A stretch of 64,000 nucleotides of DNA from Pelagomonas calceolata. Lineage: Eukaryota. Below the pieces are notes generated by a model. The model saw only the letters and a list, made by a program, of their open reading frames with translations, was not told the DNA's origin and searched no databases. Location: the NCBI GenBank assembly GCA_918797485.1, contig CAKKNE010000002.1, forward strand, positions 3,224,001 through 3,288,000, written 5' to 3'. The translations under genes were made by a program, and so were the position numbers. This document shows, in pieces, positions 30,754 to 41,345 of this stretch (position 1 is the stretch's first letter; each line of letters begins with the position of its first letter).

Positions 30754-30793
30754 CAAATTTGCAAACCACGAGCCACGAGCCACAAAACAGACC

Positions 30794-33700
30794 TTAGAAC
30801 AACACCGCACGGCCACCGAGACAAGCGACGAGCGCGTCCGCGTCGACGACGAGCGATCGCCCGACCTCGCCGCACCCGAGCGCGATCGTCCGGCCCGCGA
30901 GGGATCGCGCGACGCGGACGTCTGCCGCGCGGTGCGCGCCTATGGGCCCGAGCGCTCCGCGGGGAAGGCCGAAGAGCCCCACGAGCTCGGCCGCGGGCGC
31001 CAGCGTTTCGTCCGGCGCGAGAGAGAGGCGTTCGCCCGCCGGCAAGACGGCCAGGCGCCGCTCGCCGTTATAGAGCAGCGCCAGCGTCTTGCAGCGGACG
31101 ACGACCGAGAGGTCGATGTCGCCGTCGCTCAACACGCGGAAGTCACCACTAAACGACGCGGCGAGCGCGGCGACGTCGTCCGGCCCGAGCGCCGCCGGAA
31201 ACGGGTACGTCGCGGCGACCTGCAGCAGGACGTGCGCGTCGAGGGCGGCGTACGCCCGCTGCGCTGGCGTGAGCGGCCGCCGGCCCCAGTCCGAGCGCTG
31301 CTCCGCCTTGTCGAGGCGCGTACCGAGGCGCGTCGCACACACGGCCGCGAGGCCCGCCTCGCTGCGCTTGAGGTCGCGGATGCGCCAGGTGGCCGGGTCC
31401 GGCGCGGCGGGCGCCGCGCGCCGCAGCCGAGTCGCGTCCGACGCGAAGCCGTAGGCCAGCACGGCACGCGCACCGGCGACGGCGGCGTAGACGATGGCCG
31501 CCGCGTCGCCGTCGAGCGCCGCCAGATCAACCAGGTAAACTGCTTGCGGCGTCGCGACCTGCAGGAGCGTCGCCGCGGCGGTCCCGGGCGGCCATTCCGC
31601 GTCGACCGCGACCACTGGCTCGCATTCTAGCGCCGCGGCCATCGCCGCGGCGCCCTGGGCGTCGGTGACGTCTTGGACAGCGATATCTGGAAGCGTGAGA
31701 CACTCGCCGTCGGCCGCGGACCGCGGGCACCCGAGCACCAAAGCATGCTCCCGCGGCACGAGCGGCGTCGCGACGTCCTCGTCGGCCGCGTCGCCGAAGA
31801 GGCGCCTCCGGAGCCGCCGCGCCGCGCGCCGGTGGCCGAGGTCCTCCGCCGCGGCGACCAAGGCCGCCGCGGCCACGGCATCGACGGCCACGGCGTCGTC
31901 TTTGGCGTCTTCACCGACCAAGGGCGCCTCGCAGAGCCGCGCTGCGGCCTCCATCGCGTCGTTCTTCGCGAGCGCGACGCACGCGTCCGCGACGATCGTC
32001 GACGAGAGCGCCGGCGGCCGGCCGACGAGCGCCACGTAGCGCGCCGCGAGCTCGAGGCGCCGCGGCGAGTCCGCGAGGCGCCGCGGCGAGTCCGCGCCTA
32101 GAGCCTCCCGGACGACGTCCGCCGCGCACGGGAACTCGGCGCCGAAGCGCCTGGCCGCTTCGACGGCGAGCGCCAGGTCGGGTCCGTTTCGCCCTTCTAC
32201 GAGCGCCCGCCGCAGCAGCGCGCCGGCCGGCGCCGCGGCACTCGGGTCGGGGTCTGCCGCGGCCAGGATCGCGGCGCCGATTTTCGCGCCGAGGGAGCGA
32301 GGCTTCACGACCGCGAGCGCGCCGAGCGCCTCGACGACGAGCGCCGCGCGGCCCTGGCTCGTGTCGCGCGACGCGGTCAAGACGGCGCGGGCGCGCTCGG
32401 CTAGAAGCGCCGAGCCGACGCGGCGCCCATTTCGCGCGTGTTCGTGGGGCCGGCCCTCCAGGCGCTTGACCAGCTGCGCGCCGGTCTCGACGGCGCCGTC
32501 GTCCACCAATAGAGCGTCGTCATCTAGGCAAACGGCCTCGGGCGCGTCGGACGCGTCCCGGAACGCGCCGCGCACGCGCAGGCCCGCGACGGACGGGTGC
32601 GCCGGCGACGGGAAGCCGCCGACCTCGACGACGCGGCCGTCCGCATCCAATGAAGGCGGCTTGCGCTTGTGCTTCTTCCACGTCGTCGCGCCCCGGAGCA
32701 GCGGCTCCGGGTCCCACTCGTCCGGCAGGAGAAAGCCCCGCGACGTCTCGTAGAGCGCGTCTTCATCAAACGGCCGGAGCGAGGCGACCATGATCGGCGT
32801 CGCCGGGCAGCGCTCCGCGAGGCGCGCGAGCTCCGCTGCCAGATGCGCGGCGGCCACGGCGCGCAGCGGCTCCGGCGCGCCGACGAGCTCGCAGGCCGGC
32901 AGGAGGTAGCCGTTTTCTGTTTTCGGCAGGCGGCACGGCGCCAACCAGTGGCTCTTGGGCAGGATGACGAAGTGCGTCGTGTCTGCCGGCACCGCGGCGC
33001 GAACACCGCATATGTCCCGCGCCACCCAGCCCTTCGCGTGGTCTCCACTGAGGACGCTCGACTCGGGCGCCGCGCGGTCGTAGAAGACGAAGCCCCGGAG
33101 CGCGCTGTGCGCGCGCAGGTCGAGGCAGCGGTCGTCCTGCTCGACCTTGGCGAGCGTGCGCGTCGCCCACTTCCTCACGTCGGCCTCGGCCGAGAGGCGC
33201 AGCTTGCGCGCCGACGTCGCGACGCGCGCGTCGAGGTTCTCGTGCAGGAAGGGGCCGACGTACCGCGCGGCGGCGCCGGCCGGCAGCGCCCCTTGCGGCG
33301 GCGCGACGTAGACGAAGAACTTGATGGAGAGCTCCCAGTGTAACAAACAGCGGCGGCCCGGCGCCGGCGCCGTGCCGGGCGGGTCGCAGCCGAGGGACGC
33401 GCGCACGGCTTCATCCGTGGGCGCGCAGCAGAAGACGTACTTCAGGCTCCCGACGACGCCGCGCTGGCCCCGCCGCAGCTGCTGGCCGCACCGCAGTTGC
33501 GTCGTGCGGAGCGCCGGGCACCGCTCGATCCAGAACTCGACGAGCGACTGCGCGTAGAAGCCCAGCCGCGTCGACCGCCGCGACGGCGCCGCGAGGTAGG
33601 CCTCGAGCTCGCTCGGGTCCTCGTCGAGCCGCGCGAGCCAGCCCTGCGACGCGCCTACGATCGAAGCGCCGACCGCGTCGTGTAATGGACGGGCCGCGCT

Positions 33701-33853
33701 CGTCGCGTCGGTTTCACGCAGCATGCCGGGCGACGCCATCATCCACCACAGATCGCGCACGAGCTTGTTGCGCGGGCCGGCGGTCGGGTCGATGTGTGCG
33801 AGCTGTCCATCGTGCACTGCAGACTGGCCATTGCTCTGCTCCGCAGTGATCAT
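30794..33853 (-). CDS. DUF1853-like + DEDDy 3'-5' exonuclease + YbaK-like fusion protein
   Basis: DUF1853-like: VRDLWW..SP, RLGFYAQ, HWELSIKFF. Exonuclease: VAVDAEW, LLQVA, SDWGRRPL..Q..YAALDA. YbaK-like: KTL, G...GALGPIG. Confidence 0.8.
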   Translation of the reverse strand: MITAEQSNGQSAVHDGQLAHIDPTAGPRNKLVRDLWWMMASPGMLRETDATSAARPLHDAVGASIVGASQGWLARLDEDPSELEAYLAAPSRRSTRLGFYAQSLVEFWIERCPALRTTQLRCGQQLRRGQRGVVGSLKYVFCCAPTDEAVRASLGCDPPGTAPAPGRRCLLHWELSIKFFVYVAPPQGALPAGAAARYVGPFLHENLDARVATSARKLRLSAEADVRKWATRTLAKVEQDDRCLDLRAHSALRGFVFYDRAAPESSVLSGDHAKGWVARDICGVRAAVPADTTHFVILPKSHWLAPCRLPKTENGYLLPACELVGAPEPLRAVAAAHLAAELARLAERCPATPIMVASLRPFDEDALYETSRGFLLPDEWDPEPLLRGATTWKKHKRKPPSLDADGRVVEVGGFPSPAHPSVAGLRVRGAFRDASDAPEAVCLDDDALLVDDGAVETGAQLVKRLEGRPHEHARNGRRVGSALLAERARAVLTASRDTSQGRAALVVEALGALAVVKPRSLGAKIGAAILAAADPDPSAAAPAGALLRRALVEGRNGPDLALAVEAARRFGAEFPCAADVVREALGADSPRRLADSPRRLELAARYVALVGRPPALSSTIVADACVALAKNDAMEAAARLCEAPLVGEDAKDDAVAVDAVAAAALVAAAEDLGHRRAARRLRRRLFGDAADEDVATPLVPREHALVLGCPRSAADGECLTLPDIAVQDVTDAQGAAAMAAALECEPVVAVDAEWPPGTAAATLLQVATPQAVYLVDLAALDGDAAAIVYAAVAGARAVLAYGFASDATRLRRAAPAAPDPATWRIRDLKRSEAGLAAVCATRLGTRLDKAEQRSDWGRRPLTPAQRAYAALDAHVLLQVAATYPFPAALGPDDVAALAASFSGDFRVLSDGDIDLSVVVRCKTLALLYNGERRLAVLPAGERLSLAPDETLAPAAELVGLFGLPRGALGPIGAHRAADVRVARSLAGRTIALGCGEVGRSLVVDADALVACLGGRAVLF

Positions 33854-33961
33854 CGCTGCTCAAGACCTCTGCATTGCTGTGACATTTCTCGGTTATCTAT
33901 GCCGGCACCTGCAACCACTCTGGTACCTCTCTCAGGTGAAGGAGGCGCCGGCGCAAAACGA

Positions 33962-33984
33962 GCTAGCGCACTGTAAGACACTAG
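33962..33984. promoter_or_regulatory. CTAG-bipartite intergenic motif, copy 9
   Basis: GCTAGCGCACTGTAAGACACTAG, identical to copy 11. Confidence 0.6.
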
Positions 33985-34012
33985 AAAATGAGGGAGCATT
34001 ACCCGCCTAGGC

Positions 34013-35398
34013 CTACTTCGGCGGCCCGCGGCCGTACATGCCACTGGCCGCGACGCCCGAGACCGTGCCTTGTTTCGCGGCCTCGGCGATCTGCTTCATG
34101 GCCGCGCGCGACGCCGGCGACGGCCCGCGCTGGTGCCGCGGCGGCCCGCGCCGCGGGTTGAAGGGCTCCGGCGACCGGCTCCGCGAGCGGTCGCGGCGGC
34201 GGCGCCGGCGGCGGTGGCGGTCGCGCGAGCCGTCCGAGTCGGAGTCGTCGCGGCGGCGGCGGCCCGTCCGCCGGCGGCGCTTGCGCTCCTGCGACGGGCT
34301 CCGCGACGGCTCCCGTTTTTTGGGAGACGGCGCCGGCGCGGGCTCCGGCGCCGCGACAACTTGGGGAGGCTCATCATCATCCAGCTTCTTGAGCGGCTTC
34401 GGCGCGGGCGCCTCCTGCACCGGCGCTTCGTCGGCGTTGCTGAAGGGGACCACGGCCGGCGCGCGGACGTCGAAGCGCGACGGCGCCGCCTCCTGGGAAG
34501 CGGGCGCCGGCGCCGGCTGTGTCGGTGCCGCCGCGGCCCGCTCGGCCTCCTTCTTGGCCTGGTCGGCCTGGTACTGGCGCAGCCAGCCGTCGTCGGCGGG
34601 CTTCGTGGCCGCGGGCGCGGCCTTCTGGGCCTGCTCGGCCGCCTCGACCTGCGTCGCCACGAGCTTCGCCGCCGCGACCTCCTGGGCCTGGCGCCGCGCG
34701 TCCTCCTCGGCGAGTAAGCGCGCCGTCTCGTCGCGCCTAAATGCCTCGGCCTCGCGCTCGGCCTGGGCCACGGCCTCCAGCTCGTCGGCGTCGACGGCCG
34801 CGTCCGCCGCCGTCGGTTCCGCCGGGGCCGCCTTCGCGACGGAAAAGGGCGGCCGGTCGGGCTCCGTCGCTTGCAAGTGCGTCGCGTGGCACCTTAGTAG
34901 AGTCACGATCTTCTGGGACCCTTCGCCCGCCTCCATCGCGACGCGCTCCGGCGTCAAACCGTCCACCGTCGTCGCGCGCTCGTCGGCGCCGTGAAACAAG
35001 AGCCACCGACATAATTTGAGCGAGCCGCCGAGCGCGGCGTGGTGGAGCGGCGTGCCGCCCTGTAGGTCCGGCTGGTTGAGGGCCTCCTTCCGCGACGTCT
35101 TTGCCTTCGTCGCGAGCCAGCGCGCGACGTCCAAGTGGCCGTTGAAGCACGCCGTGTGCAGCGGTAAAGCCCCCTGCGCGTCCGCCGTCGTCACGTCCAA
35201 TCCCTGGTCCGCGCACCAGGCCGCGATATCCAGGTGGCCGCCCAAACACGCCATGTGCAACGGCGTGGCGCCCATGGCGTCGCGCGCGCGCGTCGCCAGC
35301 GCGCCGTGGCGCACGGCGTGCGCGAGCGCGTCCTCGTTGCCCTCGAGGCAGGCCTGGAGGAGGGCGTTGTCGACCTGGGAGATCTGGGCGAGGTCCAT
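34013..35398 (-). CDS. ankyrin-repeat protein with an RS-like tail
   Basis: GATPLHMAC, GALPLHTAC, GGTPLHHAA; RDRSRSRSP. Confidence 0.85.
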   Translation of the reverse strand: MDLAQISQVDNALLQACLEGNEDALAHAVRHGALATRARDAMGATPLHMACLGGHLDIAAWCADQGLDVTTADAQGALPLHTACFNGHLDVARWLATKAKTSRKEALNQPDLQGGTPLHHAALGGSLKLCRWLLFHGADERATTVDGLTPERVAMEAGEGSQKIVTLLRCHATHLQATEPDRPPFSVAKAAPAEPTAADAAVDADELEAVAQAEREAEAFRRDETARLLAEEDARRQAQEVAAAKLVATQVEAAEQAQKAAPAATKPADDGWLRQYQADQAKKEAERAAAAPTQPAPAPASQEAAPSRFDVRAPAVVPFSNADEAPVQEAPAPKPLKKLDDDEPPQVVAAPEPAPAPSPKKREPSRSPSQERKRRRRTGRRRRDDSDSDGSRDRHRRRRRRRDRSRSRSPEPFNPRRGPPRHQRGPSPASRAAMKQIAEAAKQGTVSGVAASGMYGRGPPK

Positions 35399-35598
35399 TG
35401 TCGGTTGCGTCCCGCGGCTGCTGCGATTCTAGCTCCCTAGGCGAGGCTTGGGCTGGCTTCGCTCTTCCAGGGCCCCGCGGTTTAGTGAAGCACGAGGCGC
35501 TGCGAGCGGAACGGCTTCGAGGAGTGATAGAACCGAAGCGGGGCAAGCTGCTGTAGCTGTTAGACCTCCGGGCGGCGGCGAGGGTGCCCGGCCGCTTT

Positions 35599-35620
35599 CT
35601 AGTGCCTTTACAGACGCTAG
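35599..35620. promoter_or_regulatory. CTAG-bipartite intergenic motif, copy 10
   Basis: CTAGTGCCTTTACAGACGCTAG, between divergent genes. Confidence 0.55.
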
Positions 35621-35728
35621 GAATCCGGCCGCGCAAAGTGCCGGGGCACCGCTCGCGTGCGTGACCGCGCGTGATCCCTTTTGACCACAGCAGTGCTGCC
35701 TCACCGCCCCGCACGGCACAGAGGAGAA

Positions 35729-36733
35729 ATGGCCGACGCAGAGGCAGAGGTGGCCCTGGCCGCCATCGAGGACGGCGACGGCGTCGAGGGCGTGCAGCTG
35801 TACGTCTGCGGTTCTGGTGGAGAGCTCGAGTTATTAGCATTGGAAGGCACGGCGGGCGGCCGGCGCTGGCACCTGCAAGCACGGGCGGCGGATTTGGTGA
35901 CGGCGCCGAACGACGCCCGCTACCCGGACCAAGCGTGCCGCATCGCGCGCGAGGCCGCCGACGGCTGTTCAAGGGGCGACCGCCTCACGGCATCTATTGA
36001 ACACGGCGCCCTCAAGGTATCCATCAAACGCAAAATCGGCGGCACCGGCGTCACGGCTTCTCGATTGGCGCGCGTCCTCGCCGCGACTTTAGTTCCAGTC
36101 CGCGGCGACGCCGCGGCGGCGGCCGAGCAAAGGTGCCGCACGGCAAGCGGCAAAGCGCTGCGAGCCGCGGACGCCCGCATCAAGGCGCTCGAGCAGCGCA
36201 CTGCTGAATTGGAAGCCGCGCAAAAAACGATGGAGGAGACTCTCGAGAAACACGTGGAAGCGGTCAAAGCCGCGGACCTGGCGCCGGACTTCGCGCGCAT
36301 TTTGGCGACGCGCGCGCCGGCTTCTGCTCCGGCCCCGCCTCCGCCGCCGCACGACGGCGAGAGTTCGTCGGACGAGGACGACGACTCCGACGCCGAGTGC
36401 CCGGACACGCCCGAACGAGCGCCCTTGCCGCCCCCCTCAAAGCCGGGCTTCGTGCCGGGGACGAAGACGCAGGTCGTGGCCTTCGACCTCGATCAATTGG
36501 ACGACATCTGCGGCCCCGTCAAAAGTGAGCCGCGTATTAAAAGGGAGGTCAAGAAGGAAGTCAAAAAGGAGGTGAAGCGGGAGAAGAAGCGCAAGTCCGA
36601 CATCCTCTCGGACAGCGACTCGCAGCGCGACGCGCCGCCGCCGCCCGCTCGCCGCAAGGTCAAGCCCGAGCCTCCGCAAAAGAAGAAGAAGCGGGACATC
36701 CTCTCGGACTCTGATTCTGATGAGTTCGACTAG
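35729..36733 (+). CDS. nuclear protein, possibly XRCC4/XLF superfamily
   Basis: Beta-rich head, then a coiled coil ending DLAPDFARIL, then a disordered tail with NLS-like and VKxE/IKxE motifs. Confidence 0.5.
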   Translation: MADAEAEVALAAIEDGDGVEGVQLYVCGSGGELELLALEGTAGGRRWHLQARAADLVTAPNDARYPDQACRIAREAADGCSRGDRLTASIEHGALKVSIKRKIGGTGVTASRLARVLAATLVPVRGDAAAAAEQRCRTASGKALRAADARIKALEQRTAELEAAQKTMEETLEKHVEAVKAADLAPDFARILATRAPASAPAPPPPPHDGESSSDEDDDSDAECPDTPERAPLPPPSKPGFVPGTKTQVVAFDLDQLDDICGPVKSEPRIKREVKKEVKKEVKREKKRKSDILSDSDSQRDAPPPPARRKVKPEPPQKKKKRDILSDSDSDEFD

Positions 36734-36745
36734 AGATCTAAGTTG

Positions 36746-37441
36746 TTAGTTGTGACGGACGTCGGCCGCCCGGACTTCGTTGGAAGACTCCTCGTCGGCC
36801 CAGGCTATCTCGTACCCGCCCTCGACAATCTCGTCGACGACGCCGGCGAACCACCGCCTGCCCCAGCGCGCCTGGACGCGGTCGCCGACTTTGAAGGGCG
36901 TCGCTGGGCGGCCCCACGTGCGAGCGCCGCCCTTGGGCACGCACGGGTCGAGGCGCGGCGGCGTCGTGACCTTGCGCTTGCGCGGCAACGATGGGGTCTC
37001 GGAGGCCTTGCGCAGCGCCGCCTTATCGCTCGCGACGGCCGCGGTGTACGCCTCGGCGAGCGCGTCGGCGACGTCGGCGCGGATCTGGGGCGGGGCGTCT
37101 CGCACGACCTGCGTTTCACGAACCGGTGTCTTATTGAGGACCTCACTTGTTTCCACACCGCACGCGACGGCGTTGAACGCGACCGGGTCGTTGATGTCCC
37201 CGAGCACGACGGCCGCGCCGCCACCGGCCACCCAGGCCCGGAAGCGTTTACCCCGCATCCCGGCCCGCGTCAGCGCCTCGTGCGCGGCCTGAGACAACGG
37301 GTCCCGCGGGACGCCGAGGAGCGTCGCGGCGTCGCAGAGTGCCCCCCAGTCCCGGCGGTAGCTCGTTATACCGAGCGGGACGACACGGCTGGCCTTCTCG
37401 ACGATTCGGTCTTGCATCGACATTGGCCTGCGCGCGCGCAT
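36746..37441 (-). CDS. Tudor-domain protein
   Basis: FKVGDRVQARW..WFAGVV..YEIAWAD..EV at the C-terminus. Confidence 0.7.
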   Translation of the reverse strand: MRARRPMSMQDRIVEKASRVVPLGITSYRRDWGALCDAATLLGVPRDPLSQAAHEALTRAGMRGKRFRAWVAGGGAAVVLGDINDPVAFNAVACGVETSEVLNKTPVRETQVVRDAPPQIRADVADALAEAYTAAVASDKAALRKASETPSLPRKRKVTTPPRLDPCVPKGGARTWGRPATPFKVGDRVQARWGRRWFAGVVDEIVEGGYEIAWADEESSNEVRAADVRHN

Positions 37442-37906
37442 TTAATTGTTCTCTGGTGTGGAGGTAGCCAATGGGGCTTTTGGTGCGGCCACGCGGCGAC
37501 GCTCGCGCGGACAGCGCATGGGGGGTAAAAAGGCTGCCTCCGCGCAGGAATTGCGCCGCCTGCAGAACGCACGAAGGCCGCGCGGCGCCACCCTCCTGTG
37601 ACCCAAAACCCCACAAGCTTTTGACCCAGGCCGGCATGGTCTATACAGCCCGAGGGCGAGCCAGGCGTCGCACGCAGCACATCCATGAACATCCCGGAGC
37701 TCCTCTAGCAGCATCTTGCCCGTTCTAAACCTAGAGCTCTTATCTAGAGCTAAACTTGAGGATACACACACGAGCTCTCCGGTTTAAAGGGCGTGAAACT
37801 CAGTGCCATTCGTGCGCTGGTCTCGTCGCGCTGCTCGGCGGAGCTAGGGACGTGTTGACACGCGAAGCGCTGGTCGGCTGAGCCGCCAGCAAGGAAGATA
37901 GGAGCC

Positions 37907-40900
37907 ATGGTGAGGCTGCTCCAAGTAGCAGCGCTCGCCGCCGCGGCGCACTCGTTCGTGCCGCTGCAGCGCCTCGCGAGGCCCGTGCACACCAGCAAGC
38001 CCTGGGCCCTGTGGGCGAGCGACGGCGACGGCGAAGAGCCGGCGGTCGTCGCGCCGGAGGCCGAGGACTCGGGCCCGGAGCCCGGGGAGGAGGGCTACGA
38101 GGCGCCCAAGATCGCGGTCGCGCCCGCGCCCGCGCCCGCGCCGAAGAAGCCGGCGGAGCCCGAGGCCCCGGACTTCTTCGGCATGTTCGGCAAGGTCGTC
38201 GCCGGCGCGGCCGAGGCCGCGGGCGGCCTGGCGGACGAGCTGCTCAAGGAGGCGCCCGCTCCGGCGCCGGCGCCCCGGCCCGCGCCCAAGCCCGCGCCCA
38301 AGCCCGCGCCCAAGCCCGCGCCCAAGCCCGCGCCCAAGCCCGCGGAGCCCGTCGCCGAGAAGGATCCCGTCAAAGAGGCGGTGCTCGAGGAGGCGCTGGC
38401 GCCGAAGGAGGAGCAGGCCCCCGCGCCCGCGCCGAAGCCGGCGCCCGCGCCCGCGCCGGTCGCCGAGGCGCCCGCGCCCGCGCCCGCCGAGAGGCCCGTG
38501 ACGCCCAAGGGCGAGGGCGCCGCGCCGCGGGGCCGCGCCGAGGACGCGCCGGCGGCCACTGACCAAGGGAATTACATAGAAGCCCAAAAGGCCGCTCTGA
38601 AAAAACAGCAGGAGGCCAAGGCAGAAGAAGAAGCGAAAGCTGCCAAGGCCGCCGAGGCCGCGGCGGCCAAGGCCGCCAAGGCCGAGGCCCAGGCCCTCAT
38701 CGAGCGCGAGCTCGCGGCGGCCGCGCGCGAGAACGAGGCTCAGGAGGCCGCGCGGCAGCGCGCCGCGGCGGCGCGCGCGCAGGAGGCCAAGTTCGCCCAG
38801 CAACGGGCCGAGGCCCAGAAGGCGGCCGAGGCGCGCAAGGCCGAGGCGGAGCGCGCGCGGCAGGCGCAGCGCGAGGAGGCGGAGCGCGCGAATAGGGAAC
38901 GCGCGCAGCAGCAGCAGGCCGCCGCCGAGCGGGCCGCCGCCGAGCGCGCGGCGGCCGAGGAGGCCGCGGCGCAGGAGCGCGCCGCGCGCCAGGTCCAGAA
39001 GGGCAAGGCGGCGGAGCAGAGCCCCGCCGCCGTTACGAAGAAGGCCGCGCCGGTGGAGTTCAAGCTGCCCTCGTTCCTATCTGGTTTAGCGGCGGCGCCC
39101 AAGGCCCCGACGCCCGCTCCTGCGCCGGTCGCCGAGAAGCCGGCGCCGGCGCCGAAGCCCGCGCCGAAGCCCGCGCCGAAGCCCGTCGAGCTGCCCAAGT
39201 TCGAACTGCCAAAGTTCGAGCTGCCCAAGCCCCAGCCGCCCTCGAAGCAGGAGCTCGCGCAGCAGGCGCAGCGCAAGCGCGAGCGCGAGGCGAAGGTGGC
39301 GCGCGAGCGCGCCGAGCGCGAGGCCGAGAAGGCGGCGGCCCAGGCGCGCCTCGACGCGCAGAAGGAGGCCGCCGCGACGGCGGCGGCCGCCGCGGCGAGG
39401 GCCCGGAGGGAGGCCGAGGAGCAGAAGGCGCGCGCCGAGGCCGCGCGCGCCAAGGCCGAGGCGGCGCCGCCGCGGCCCGACCTCCCGCGCGCGCCGTCCG
39501 TGCCGGCGCCGGTCACGAAGGCGCCGAAGGCCCCGGCCTTCAGCTTCCCCAAGTTCGAGCTGCCGAAGGCGGCGCCGGCGCCCGCCCCGGCGCCCGCGCC
39601 GGCCCCGGCGCCCGCGCCGGCGCCGCGGCCCGCGTTCTCGCTCTTCGGCGGTGCCAAGCCCGCCGCGCCCAAGCCCAAGGCGGCGCCCAAGGCGGACGAC
39701 GCCGCGGCGGCCCGCGCGGCCGCGCAGCGCCAGGCCGAGCAGGCCAAGGCGGCGCAGGCGCAGCAGGCCGCCGCCGCGCGCGCCGCCGCCGCCGAACAGG
39801 CCGCGGCCGCGCGCGAGGCGGCCGCGAAGAAGGCGGCGGCCGACCGCGAGGCGGCCGCGCAGCGCGCCGCGGCGGAACGCGCCGCGAAGGACAAGCAGGC
39901 CGCCGCCGCGGCCGCGCCGCCGGCGCCCGCGGCGCCCGCGGCGCCCAAGGCCCCCGCGTTCTCGTTCTTCGGCAGCGCCCCGCGGCCGACGCCGCGGCCG
40001 GCTGCCCCGCCGGCGCCCGCGGCGCCGAAGGCGCCGCCCGCGCCGAGGCGCTCGGTGGCCACGGTCGGCCGCTACGCGTCCATCGACGCGGCGCCGTCGC
40101 GGCCCGCGGGCGCGCCGACGCCGGCGCCGCGGACCTTCAGCGCGCCGCCGGCGGGCGCGTCGGCGGAGCAGATCGGCCGCGCGCCGCCGCCGCCGCGCGC
40201 CGCCCCGGCGAAGGGCCGCGCGATGACGAGCGACATCCCGCGCCAGGAGTTCAAGTCCACGCGCGGCGGCTCCTTCCAGAGCGCGTTCGCCCGGGTCCAG
40301 GCGTCCGCCGGCCAGCGGCAGCCGCTCCAGCGGCGCGCGCCACCGCCGCCGCCGCGGCCCGCGGCCCGGGCCCCGCCGCCGCGCCCGGCGCCGCGGCCGA
40401 CGCCCCGGCCCGCTCCCGTGGCGCGGAAGCCGCCGCCGCCCAAGGCCGCGCCCGCGCCGGCGCCGAGGCCCGCGTTCTCTCTCTTCGGCGGCGCGCCGCG
40501 CCCGGCGCCCCAGCCGGCGCCGGCGCCCGCCCCGAAGCCGGCCTTCTCGTTCTTCGGCGCGCCGAAGCCGACGCCGGCGAAGACGGCCGACCCGGCCGCC
40601 GCCCAGAAGGCCAAGGCCGCCGCCGACCGCGCGCGCGCCGCCGAGGCGGCCAAGGCCAAGGCCGCGGCCGAGGCGAAGGCCCGCGCCGCCGCGGAGGCCG
40701 CGAAGGCCAAGGCGGCCCAGGAGGCGAAGGCCCGGGCCGCGCAGGAGGCCGAGAAGGCCCGCGCCGCCCAGGAGGCCAAGGCGCGCGCCGCCGCCGACGC
40801 GGCCAAGGCCAAAGCCGCCCAGGCGGCGAAGGCGCGGGCCGCCGCCGCCGCGCGCGCGCCCGCGCCGGCGCCCGTCAAGAAGCCGGCCTTCTCCTTTGGT

Positions 40901-41145
40901 GCTCCTAAGAAGGCGGCGCCCGCGCCCGCGCCCGCCCCGGCGCCCAAGCCGGCGTTCAGCTTCTTTGGTGGTGCGAAGCCGGCCCCGAAGCCGACGCCCG
41001 CGCCCGCGCCGAAGCCGGCGCCGAAGCCGTTCAGCTTCTTCGGCGGCGCGAAGCCCGCCGCGAAGGCGCCGCCGCCGCCGAAGCCGGCCGCCCGCGCGCC
41101 GCCGCCGAAGCCCGCCCCCAAGCCCCGGGCGCCCCCGCCGAAGCC

Positions 41146-41177
<32 letters not shown>

Positions 41178-41305
41178 AGCCCGTGGCGAAGCCGCCGCCG
41201 CCGAAGCCGGTCTTCCAGCAGAAGGCGGTCCAGAAGGAGTTCAAGAGCGCCAAGTACTCGAACGCCGCCGACGCCGCGCGCGCGATCCGCGAGCGGCGCC
41301 GCTAG
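37907..41305 (+). CDS. large Pro/Ala/Lys-rich repeat protein, probably plastid-targeted
   Basis: Signal peptide followed by Phe (AAAHS|FVP); 1132-aa ORF with strongly G/C-ending codons; repeated PAFS(F/L)FG motifs. Confidence 0.8.
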
Positions 41306-41345
41306 GGACTGGGGCACCTCCGCGTAACGCAGTCACTAGGTATTT

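Noticed and set aside
38278..38345. 12-bp tandem repeat CCCGCGCCCAAG
   Set aside because: Encodes PAPK repeats; explained by the protein.
39086..41317. Long antisense ORFs (743 aa here; also 5744-7048, 55946-57760 and many others)
   Set aside because: Shadows of GC-rich, strongly biased sense genes; their Arg/Gly/Leu-rich translations show no domains.
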